Positions 27,076-38,522 of a stretch of 64,000 nucleotides of DNA are shown in pieces. Every line of letters starts with the position of its first letter. Positions within the stretch are counted from its first letter, which is position 1. Source of the DNA: Octopus bimaculoides (lineage: Eukaryota); the NCBI RefSeq assembly GCF_001194135.2, contig NC_068986.1, positions 68,476,606 through 68,540,605 of the forward strand. Reading direction: 5' to 3'. Under the pieces are notes generated by a model that saw only the letters and a program-made list of their open reading frames with translations, was not told where the DNA came from and made no database searches. The translations under genes were made by a program, and so were the position numbers.

Positions 27076-29691
27076 NNNNNNNNNNNNNNNNNNNNNNNNN
27101 NNNNNNNNNNNNNNNNNNNNNNNNNNNNNNNNNNNNNNNNNNNNNNNNNNNNNNNNNNNNNNNNNNNNNNNNNNNNNNNNNNNNNNNNNNNNNNNNNNNN
27201 NNNNNNNNNNNNNNNNNNNNNNNNNNNNNNNNNNNNNNNNNNNNNNNNNNNNNNNNNNNNNNNNNNNNNNNNNNNNNNNNNNNNNNNNNNNNNNNNNNNN
27301 NNNNNNNNNNNNNNNNNNNNNNNNNNNNNNNNNNNNNNNNNNNNNNNNNNNNNNNNNNNNNNNNNNNNNNNNNNNNNNNNNNNNNNNNNNNNNNNNNNNN
27401 NNNNNNNNNNNNNNNNNNNNNNNNNNNNNNNNNNNNNNNNNNNNNNNNNNNNNNNNNNNNNNNNNNNNNNNNNNNNNNNNNNNNNNNNNNNNNNNNNNNN
27501 NNNNNNNNNNNNNNNNNNNNNNNNNNNNNNNNNNNNNNNNNNNNNNNNNNNNNNNNNNNNNNNNNNNNNNNNNNNNNNNNNNNNNNNNNNNNNNNNNNNN
27601 NNNNNNNNNNNNNNNNNNNNNNNNNNNNNNNNNNNNNNNNNNNNNNNNNNNNNNNNNNNNNNNNNNNNNNNNNNNNNNNNNNNNNNNNNNNNNNNNNNNN
27701 NNNNNNNNNNNNNNNNNNNNNNNNNNNNNNNNNNNNNNNNNNNNNNNNNNNNNNNNNNNNNNNNNNNNNNNNNNNNCTATTCTTATTCTAGCAGCTACAC
27801 TTTCAGCGCACCCTTTGATATTTAAATTGGACATATCAGGCTCAAATGTTCTACTTGTTTTATGGTTAAATCAGCCAGATCCAGCCTCTCACACTTACCC
27901 TACAATGTCATTCTTAAAATAAACTATCACACCATCGAAATATCAAAGTTACAAGACAATAGATGATAAATTCAAAACAACGTGAATAAATAAGCATTAC
28001 ATTTGACAGAGTAATCTGAATGCTAAAGGACTAAGATCTGAGTTGTGGTTTATCATTTTAAAGGTTTCAAAAGAGTGAGATTGATATGTAGGCTAAGAAA
28101 AATATTAGATCTTTATCAAATAAGAATTATCACAGTAGCTGTAAATGAAAGTGCAAATATTTGCTTTGACAAAATGATATATGTACAGAGTTTTGCAAAG
28201 AGGACAGAACTTTTGAGTTCAGCAAGGTGCCAAGGATTGAGATATCTAGCACGTTACTGTATTCAAGAAGACCCATCCTCCACAACAGAGGTGTTAAGGC
28301 CACTCCCCCTGATGAAGAGGATTGACCTTTTATGTGCTAGCATGACATAAAAGCGCTTGTACTGGTGCCACATTAAAAGCACCCAGTACACTATAAAGTG
28401 GTTGGCATTAGGAATGACATCCAGCCTTAGAAACCAAGCCAAATCAGACTGAAACCTGGTGGTTCAAACCATCAAACCATACCAAATGGAAAATGGATGT
28501 TAAAGGATGATTGAAATTGCAGCTCTAAACTTATTTCACTTGTTGTCTCAGAAAGTAGCATGCAAAAGAAAAGACAGCTGGTGCTGCAGGCATATGGTGC
28601 ATATGGAGGAAGAGATAAATGAAAGGAGACATACCACTACGTCTAGGTTGGCAAGTAGTTGATAAAGAAGGACATTATATTACTAAAGATAAGCTGTTAC
28701 ATCTTCTGAAGGACCATGTTGATTGACGGTATGCAGTACTCAAGAAGCCCCAATTTCCATGCATAAAACGTGTTTTAAGATGGAGGTAGTGATGCAAGCT
28801 TTGTGTGTGTATATCTGTAGATTGATATACATTTGCTGCCTCATTTGCATCTTTGACACTCATCTCCTTCCATCTTGCTCAGATTACTTCTTTGCATATC
28901 TCCCTTTGTCTGCTCTGATGTGCATTCAGAGCTTGCTCTGTCGAAGTATTTAAGATTCAAAATTATGTCAAACAATAAAATATTACAGATGGAAATTTAT
29001 TAGTGTCATAGAAGAGGTAGCAAAGACTCCTGTCATTTCTTGAAAGTTCTTTCAACCTTTGATATTTAAATTGGACATACATTTCTAAAAAATTTATAAT
29101 GAATAATTAAAAGGTAGGGGAGTGCCTGTGATCTTTTTCAGTACCTCCATTACTAGTAACAACAAGTTATCCTTCTTCATAACTTGGACAGAATTACACT
29201 GATCACTTTATAGCTGCCTTAAATATTGTATTTATTTTTACTTGTAGCTAGTTCTAAACCAAGTCAACCAATATCTGTGTTATGTTCATTTTTCGATGTT
29301 CATTATAACTGTTTTTACCCTTTTGTTACCATATTTTTTCAAAATAAACTACCTATGTTGCAATTAATTTTTTAAATAATGAAGAATTTATTAAAATAAC
29401 TCTCATCATTAAGCTGGTATCTGGAACATAAATTAACATGAAATTTAGAAGGAAGGTTTTTAATTTAGATCATTTTAAAACAGGAAGTTTATATAGTAAC
29501 TTGGGGTGGTCTCAGGTGGATTTCAATCAAGAGGGTTGAAACATTTTTCACAGTTAATGCCTTCAGCGTTCTTCCCTATTAGATATTATAGTTGTGCCTT
29601 GCTATTGCTATATGCTTGCAGCTACATGGTCAAAGCCATTATGACTTGTCTTTGCAAAGGATGTAGCATGGCATCATATAGTTGCTTTTAA

Positions 29692-29951
29692 CCCTTTAGT
29701 ATTCAGATTACTCTCTGAAATGTAATGCTTATTTATTCACATTCATCATCGTCATCATCCTTTAACATCCGTTTTCCATGCTGGCTTGTTTTGAAATAAT
29801 CATGCATTATCTCATAACTGAGATTCCAATGATGTGATTGTTTATTTTTGGGATGACATTGTAGGGTAGGTGTTAGAGGCCAGATCTGGTCTCCATTTGA
29901 GCATAAAGTGGATTATTTGTGCTGGATATGGCTTGTTTAAATGCTAAAAGG
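29692..29951. mobile_element. piggyBac-type MITE
   Basis: TTAA|CCCTTTAGTATT ... AATGCTAAAAGG|TTAA (TSD 29688-29691 and 29952-29955). Related fragments at ~3566-3630 and ~27840-28030. Confidence 0.75.
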
Positions 29952-30124
29952 TTAAACCACTACAATATTTATTAATCACCCTGCTTCACATTTGTATAAC
30001 TACTGTAACTCTTAAATTTCTCTCTACTGCCATCTTGAAAAGTTAAATATATTATTTCTGTTTTACTCTTTTTTGAAATTTGATAATATTGTTTAAAATG
30101 TATAATCATTTTTCTTCTTTACAG

Positions 30125-30240
30125 TAACAATGGTGCTGGAAGATGATGGCCGCTTCAACTTTATGTTGCAACCCATCCGTGATCTGACTAAAAATTGGGA
30201 TGTTGATATTGCTAGTCATCTTGAGGACTACTTAGAAGAG
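30125..30240 (+). CDS. NCAPH2: NCAPH2 coding exon 1 (5 nt UTR, ATG at 30130)
   Basis: Acceptor ttttcttctttacag|TAACAATG; [37 protein letters not shown]; donor GAG|gtgggc, phase 0. Confidence 0.93.
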
Positions 30241-33200
30241 GTGGGCAAATATTAATTTATCAAAAGATTATATTGTATCATACTTGTTTTCTAGTTTCAC
30301 ATTGGTTTGTCTACATACACAGATAAGTTATCGGGGTGAAGATTATAAAATAGTCCAATGAGTAAATAAACTGGACTAGTAATTCAGTATTTATTTATTT
30401 TATATCAGCTATTATGAACAATAGCATAACTGGTTTCAAGTTTCCAAGGGCAAGGGAAGTGCCTATAACTCAGGGCAGAACAAATATCATAATCCAAAGA
30501 GCAGTGTTTTAGTTTTCTCGTCACTATACATCTGTGAAAGATATGCACATGCATACCACTAATATTTTTATGTCCACTTTTCTATGCTGACATGGGCTGA
30601 ATAGGTTATTACAGTCCAAGTTAGATTTTATCTGGAGTTACAACCATCCTTGATGAGGCAAGGACCATAGCTTGCTAGAACAGCATTTTTGGCATAGTTT
30701 CCACAGCAGGATATCTTCCCTATCACCAACCACTTTACAGAGTCTGCTAGGTGCATTTTATCATAGCTCCAGCATTAAAGAGTTGTCTTGTTCCTTGGCA
30801 AAACAACCTACATCATCTCTGTTCGATTTCTATTCTACATTGTCTCCATTTAATCATTCATTGGCACCCAAGAAACTCCCTTACCTTCCCTTGTAAGACT
30901 AAAGAGGGCCTCCTCTTTCTTGTGTTGTCTTAGCTTAACTATTCCTTACTTTTCTATCCTGTTGTATGGTAAAAGAACAAGAGAGAGAAGGTGATATAGG
31001 ATAGAGTATTAGTGAAAGCCAGAATGATAGAAGTGAGAAGTGATGGAAGACAGAAAATTGTGATATGTAGCTAGATGTCGGTTGATGGTTAAGTCACTGA
31101 AACAACATGATTGAGATTTAAGTGTATTAAGTGTTTCCAACAAATGTGTGTGTGAGTCTGAATTTGTGAAGACAAAGTGATGGGGAAGAGCATAATGGAA
31201 GAGAGAGAGAGACAGGGAGAAGTAGTAATAGAGGTGGGTGATGGTGAGAGAGAAAGAGAGAGTGAGATGTCAAGGAGATAGAATAGAGGGAGAGAGAGAG
31301 AGAGAGAACATGTCAAAGGGATAGAACAAAGTGCTGAGAAAGAGTGACAAGTAGTAATAGAAGTGAAGTGGTGGTGAGAGAGAAAGAGAGATGTCAAGCA
31401 GACAGAAGAGAGAGAATATGACAAATGATTATTTGTTGGGAGAGCAAGAAAGCCCATATGTAGATATTATACATCTCAATCTCAATCACCATCATCATCA
31501 TTGTTTCTGTATGGGGGGCAGGGGTCTTCTAAAGCACACCACTTGTCATAGTCTTTCATCCCCTTCATGCAATTCAGCCATTTGAAATCAGTCTTTACTA
31601 CTTCTTCCCATGACCACCTCTTCTGCAAGTTCCATCCATTTTACACCATTGATAACCTCCATCTATGTCTGTCGTCATCATCATCATCATCATCATCCTT
31701 TAACGTCTGTTTTCCATGCTGGCCTTCACTGGACGGTTTGAGCTGGCAAGTAGGAGAGCTGCACCAGGTTCCAGTCTGATTTGGCTTGGTTTCTATGGCT
31801 GGATGTCTTTCCAACCACTTTATAGAATGTGCTGGGTGCTTTTCATGTGGCACTGGCACAAGTGCTATTATGTGGTGCCAGCACAGGTACAGTCTTCTCT
31901 TTTGCACATTATATCTGATGCTTCTTAGATCAGTTTTTTCTCAGCTTGTTTGTATTCTGTTGTTCATGAACACTAATGTTCCACATTCAGCAGAGCATGC
32001 TTACTTCATTTTTATGTAACTTTCACAAATTTCCCACAATCAAACTCCAAGTCTTACTACCATATTGTATTGCACTTCATAATGCAAGCATCAAGTGATT
32101 TGTGTATGTGTGTACCATCATCATTATCATCGTTGTCATCATCATTGTGTTAACATCCACTTTCCAAGGCTTGCATAAGCAAACAGAAATTGTTGAGGAT
32201 GAATTTCCGTGATCAAATGCCTTTCGTGTCACCAGCCCCCACCTGCTTTCAAGCATGGTAATATTTCTCATAGCCAGACGTGTTTTCACAGAAAACTTGA
32301 AGCAGACGACATTGCTTGTTTAATAGTGATCCTCACTTACACATTGTCAAGACAAGAAGACACAAATACACACACACATACGTATATATTTACATCAGAA
32401 AATGAGATGACTAAGGAGTAAACAATTATCTTATGAACTTCATTAGCTTACTGCTGTTTCTGCTATAAGATGCAGTGGACTCATAGTTAAGTGCCTGTGT
32501 AACACCTTATAGCTTCTATGCTGGCATGAGTTGGACAGTTTGACATAGCACTGGCCAGCCAAAGAACTGTCCAGATTCCAATTGTCTCTTGTGACATGGT
32601 TTCTATGGCTGGAGGCCCTTCCTAATGCAGCCACTTTACAGAATGTGCTGGGTGCTTTTTACATGCTACTGGCACAGATGCATTTATGCAGCACTGGCAT
32701 GAGTGTATTTATGTGGCACCAGCACCTGTAAAGGACAAGCCTGTATGTATGGATGATGGCAATTTTACTTAGCTTAGCACATCTTCTCAAGTACAGCAAA
32801 TTGCCACAACTACTGGTCTCTTGTCATTTCCTCAGTGAGGCCCCACATCCAAAGACCCTTTCACACCACTTTGTCTCATGTCTTCCTGCGTATACCTCTT
32901 CCACAGGTTCCCTCCATAATTAGAGCTCAGCATTTCTTTATGCAACTGTCTTCATTCATCCATATGCATTACATGACCAAATCAGCGCAGTCTTCTGTCT
33001 TGCATGCAACATCGGATGTTTTTCTCTTAAATCATTCATACTCTGTCATGCATGCACACTGACATTACCCATCCAGTGGAGCATGCTAGTCTTCACAAGT
33101 CCTCTAGTCAAAGCCCATGTTTCACTGCCATGTAGCATGGCTGTATGTACACAGGCATCATACAATCTGAGGGAGAGGCCCTTAGAAGCTCTCTGGACTT

Positions 33201-36200
33201 ACCCAGCCCATTCTTATTCTAACAACTACACTTTTAGAACTTCCTCCTCCACTGCAAACTTGGATGCCTAGGTAACAGAAGCTGTCTACTACTTCTAATG
33301 ATCTCCACAAGCATTTGAGGGAGTCTATGCATTTTCAGTGCTTATTGTATCCGCACATTTGCCACAGATAAAAACTATTTCTGTTAACCTTCCTATGATA
33401 CCACTACACCTCTTATGTGTCCAAAACTTGCACTGGATACAACATATGGAGTTTCCACCAACAGCCTTCTTACATCTTAAAGTAAGGTGATCTGCCTGAA
33501 GGGTCTTATGATTTATCTGTTTTCCTACTTACTAAGACTTTGGTTTTTGCTAAATTAGCTCTAAGGCCCTTAGATTCCAGGCGTTGCTTCCACACCTGAA
33601 ATTTCTTCTCTAGCCAGGTAGTGATTCAGCTGTAAGAACAAGGTCATCAGTGTAGAGGAACTCCCAGAGGCTGCTGGTCTTGAAATTCCTCTGTTAAGGT
33701 CTGGAGGACTAAGATGAAGAAGAGGGAGCTGAGAACTGATCCTTGGTGAACTCCTACCTGTGCACTGAACTCATTGCTATACTTGTTACCAACCTTTACT
33801 TTACTGGCAGCATCCATCTGCATGGCCTATACAGCTCCCACTAACCGCTCATCTATTCCTAGCTTCTGCATTGACCACCAGATTAAGAAAGCAGAGGACC
33901 TTGTTAAAGAATTCCTCCATGTTGACAAAAGCCAAGTGCAGAGGTTTATTTTTGGCTAAATACTTCTCCTGAAGTTGTCTAACCAAGAATAACACCATTT
34001 GTACTTCTACTTGGCACAAATCTAAACTGCATCTCATCTACACTTACTCTCTTCCTAATTAATTAAGCTATGGCCCTTTCTATGACTTTCATCTTCTGCT
34101 TCATCAATTAGATGCTTCTGTTATTATTTCTGTTTAAGTCATCACCTTTGCAGCAGCTGACTATAATGCTGCTACACCAGTCAGTAGGTACAACTCCCTT
34201 ATGGACAACCTGCTTAACTATATGTTTGACTAGGCTATATTCCACTCCATCAGATATTTTAAGCATCTCAATGGTGATTTCTGGTGGGCTTTCCCTGTCT
34301 TCATATTCTCAATTGCTTTATCTACCAAGCCTCTGTTGATTCAGATAGCTGGTCCCTCAGTTGGATCTACATAAGGCAGATTCTCCTTCTCCCTTGCATT
34401 TCTGGATGGCTTAGTGGTTAGGGTGTTGCACTCGTGATTGCAAGATTGTGGGTTCGATTCCCAGACCGGGCTTTGCATTGTGTTCTTGAGCAAAGTACTT
34501 CATTTCATGTTGCTCTGCGATTATTTCGACATCTGACATGTGGCACCTAGTTGCACCTGTACAGGTAATGTCGATTTGATGGAAGGAGTAAGCTTATGTC
34601 TACACAAAAACATTTGATCACTATAAACAAATCGTCTGTGTGGTTGTTCCGTAAGAAATTGTTGAACCCTCATACGTCATCTAATGATGGGAGAGTCCGT
34701 TGTATATATATATACTGGGTGCAGCATATATATTTACCTATTATTCATTTTATCATAAAATAAAGTTTAAGGTTTTGATGTAAGTTTACAGGTTGATTAT
34801 TGACAATATTTTATATATTCCTGTGCAGGGGGCACGTAAAAAACACCATTTTGAGCGTGGCCGTTGCCAGTACCGCCTGACTGGCCCTCGTGCCGGTGGC
34901 ACGTAAAAGCACACACTCTTGGAGTGGTTGGCGTTAGGAAGGGCATCCAGCTGTAGAAACTCTGCCAGATCAGATTGGAGCCTGGTGCAGCCTTCTGGTT
35001 TGCCAGTCCTCAGTCAAATCGTCCAACCCATGCTAGCATGGAAGGGGACATTAAACGATGATGATGATGAGGATGATTTACCATTCAAAATGGCCACCAT
35101 TTGCTTTTCACTGTAACCCTTAATTCTTTATACCATCCATTTTCAATGTTAGACTTTGTTCATGTTTTGTTTGAGCTGCCATACTTACTTAAGGGTAAGC
35201 AATAAAACAAAGGAACGTTAGGAAGCATTATATGACATTTGCAACTATTTTTGCAAGTAAAAATGTTTCAATTTGTATTAGGGGTAAATTTATATATTGC
35301 ACCTGGTAAGTAGGTGTGTGTGTATTTATATGTATAGATAGGTAGATAGACTTCTACAGTTTCCATCTAACAAACTTGAACTATGAACAAAGACACTTGC
35401 TTAAAATGACTTGTACTCTGAGTTCATATCTTCTGCAGGGATTTTATTGTGTATCTGCACAGGAGAAATGCATATTAATATCCTTCAGAAAGGTATGGAG
35501 GGCACAAAATTTCCAAATAATTGTTGCTTATTTACAAATAAACTTGGGAAATAAAACGCATGGGAGATAATTTCTATCATGGTTAAATTTCATAACTTCA
35601 ATATAATTCTGATTTATTTGTTTTTAAAGATTTCATTCACATCAATTTCTTTATAGTTTACACCAGTCATTCCTCTATTTTATTATAAGAGTAACAATTT
35701 GTAGAACACTGGGCTGAAATGCTGTGTTCAATCTTGTTCTTTTTAAATTTTAGTTTAAATGCTCCCCAAGTTATTTGTTTTTATCCCTCATGAATTGATT
35801 AAATAATGTACTGAGCCTATACATTAGTTTATACTTATCACTTGTAAATTTATGGCTAAATACCAATATGATGTATCATTATTAATTTTTAAATGTTTTT
35901 TATTTGTTTGTTTTTCAAAGAAAATATAACAGTTTGTATTTCATTCTTTTTCAGTTGGAAAATGTAGCTATAACCTTTGACGGTGGGCGAACGATGAACT
36001 TTGCCGAAGCTGCACTTCTCATACAAGGTTCAACGTGTGTCTATAGTAGAAAGGTGAGGGAAGATTTATGGTTGTTTCACTATAAAATCTGGAGTTAGAG
36101 TAAAAGCGAAAGCAATAAAATATGTAATGAAACTGTTTTTATGATACACTCACCATCATCATCCTTTGACATCCATCTTCCATGCATGCATGGGTAGGAG

Positions 36201-38472
36201 CCGGCCAGGTAGAAAAATATCTACCCTAGGCTATTGTCTGTTTTGGCAAGGATTTTACAGTTGGCTGCCCTTCCTAACACCAACCACTCTGCAGAATACT
36301 TTTCACATGGCACTAGCACAGGCAAGGTTAGTTTTGGCATGATTTTTACAGCTGGATGCCCTTCCAAACGCCAACCATGTTACAGTGTCGACTGGATGCT
36401 TTTAACGTGGCACCAACACTGTCAGAGTAACCAAGTAGCTCATAAGACAAGGAATTATGAGGTGGGCAGGGTATTTGAGGAGGGGAACTTCAGAGGATGA
36501 AAGGTTAAAGTGTGACAGAGAGACAGGAGTAGGTGTCTTGCCACAACTGAGAGGGCATTAGAGGAGGTGATCCAGTATCAGATGATGAAAGGTTAGTGTA
36601 ACAGAGAAATAGAGTGGCAGAAATGGGTGTCTTGCTATAGAGGAGGTACATGGTTACCCAGTGAGAGAGAGAAAATAGATAGAGAATGAGAGAGAGGTAC
36701 AAGAAAGTGGCCAGAAATAAGTATGCTGATGTTAAAGAGATAGTTGGTTACCTAGTCAGAGAAAAAAACAAGAGAAAGTGAGAGAGAGAGAGAGAGAGTA
36801 GGAAACAGCAAAAGAGAGATGATGTAGTGCTAGGGTATACTCACGAGTAACAAAGATCTAAGCATTGAAATAAGATAGAAAAATAGTGTGTGGGTGTTGG
36901 GTGTGAGGGGGAGCAGTGATACAGTGAGCAGGGCAGTGAAGGTAAGAAAAAGGATTGGCAAACAATCATAATTTATGAAGAGGAAATGTGAGGAAGAGAA
37001 ATTTTGCAGATAGAAGAGGAGTTATAGTTTAGTTTCTTCAGGTAGAGCAGGTGAAGTGTTGTTACATGTGGGTGGGACACAATTCTTCTAGCATTTAATG
37101 TCTTTTCCATACTAGCATGGGTAAGATGGTTTGTCAGGCTCCAATCTGTTTTGGCTTGGTATCTATGGCAGAATGCCCTTCCTAATGCCAATCACTCCAC
37201 AGAGTGCACTGGGTGCCTTTTACATGTCACTGGCATGGGTACCTTTTATGCGTCACTGGCACAGATACCATTTACGAGTCACCATTACTTGTCATGACTA
37301 CGATTTCACCTAGCTTGACATTGGCCATAATTATGATTTCACTTAGCTTGACACACTGTCTATGGCTATGATATATTTTATGTAGCCAAAGTCCAGCAGA
37401 TTAATGTGAGCAATTCTAACTTAAATATAATTAATTTAAAGTAATCCCTTGGTTTAAGATTCCTTTCATGTTTTATTAACATATTTTGTTATTTTTCCTG
37501 TCTCAGGTTGAATATTTATATGCATTAGTTTATGAAGTCTTGGATCTTTTGGTTAACAAAAGGTAAGTAATACTTAACTTGCAAAATCTGTTTTAAAATT
37601 TAACTTTTCTGTTTCTTGTCTTTTAAGTTATTTACTTATTTTCAACATTGTTGTCGTTATCATTCTTTTAATGCCATCTTTTCCATGCTTGCATGGGTCA
37701 TACAATTCATTGAGGCAGATCTGTGGTAATTCCTTCTGGGTTCAAATGCTGCCAGGGTTGACTTTGCCTGTCATCCTTTCAGAGTCAATAAAATAAGTAC
37801 CAGTTGAGAACTGGGGTTGATGTTATCGACTTAGCCTCTGCTCTGAAATTGCTGGCTTTGTAACAAAATTTGAAACCAACATTTCCACTTGGTCAGACAT
37901 ACTCTTCATGGAAAATTGGAAACGAAGGACACTGCTTGTATGACTGATATTCATTTATAATTGTTACACAGTGTCAAAACAGGGAGATACTAACACACAC
38001 ATACATGCACACACACATTTATATACATATATATAATAATAATAATAATAAGTAACTACAAAAGAATGACACGTCGATATTAAAATAGAGGATTATTTAT
38101 ATATGTTATAATTTAGAACAAACAGTAAAAGGTTGTCATTTTAGTACTCGGAGTTTCGAATATCAGAGCAAAGAACTACGATACATTCTCATGAGCTACT
38201 AATGGCAACAGATGCTATGAAAAACTGTTGAATAAAAGGGAAGTTACTCTAATAGGTAGAAAAAGAAAAAGGTTAAAAAATACATGCAACCATAGTCTCA
38301 CAATACATAGACATAAACCTCCTGCGTTCACATCTACATACGTACAAACGTATTCATACATACACGTATCCATACACACACACATGTATATGTGTACGCA
38401 ACCTCAACCTCATATACACATAGGTGCTTACATGCATACACGTAATATAATACATATATATTTAGACATTTG

Positions 38473-38522
<50 letters not shown>

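Noticed and set aside
30950-31460. GA-rich stretches giving Ser/Leu-rich ORFs (also 36480-36960, 17000-17310)
   Set aside because: Low-complexity purine/pyrimidine tracts associated with repeats.
34404-34480. tRNA-like sequences (also 60748-60820 and the heads of families A and B)
   Set aside because: They have A/B boxes but no complete cloverleaf, and they continue into SINE bodies, so they are SINE heads, not tRNA genes.
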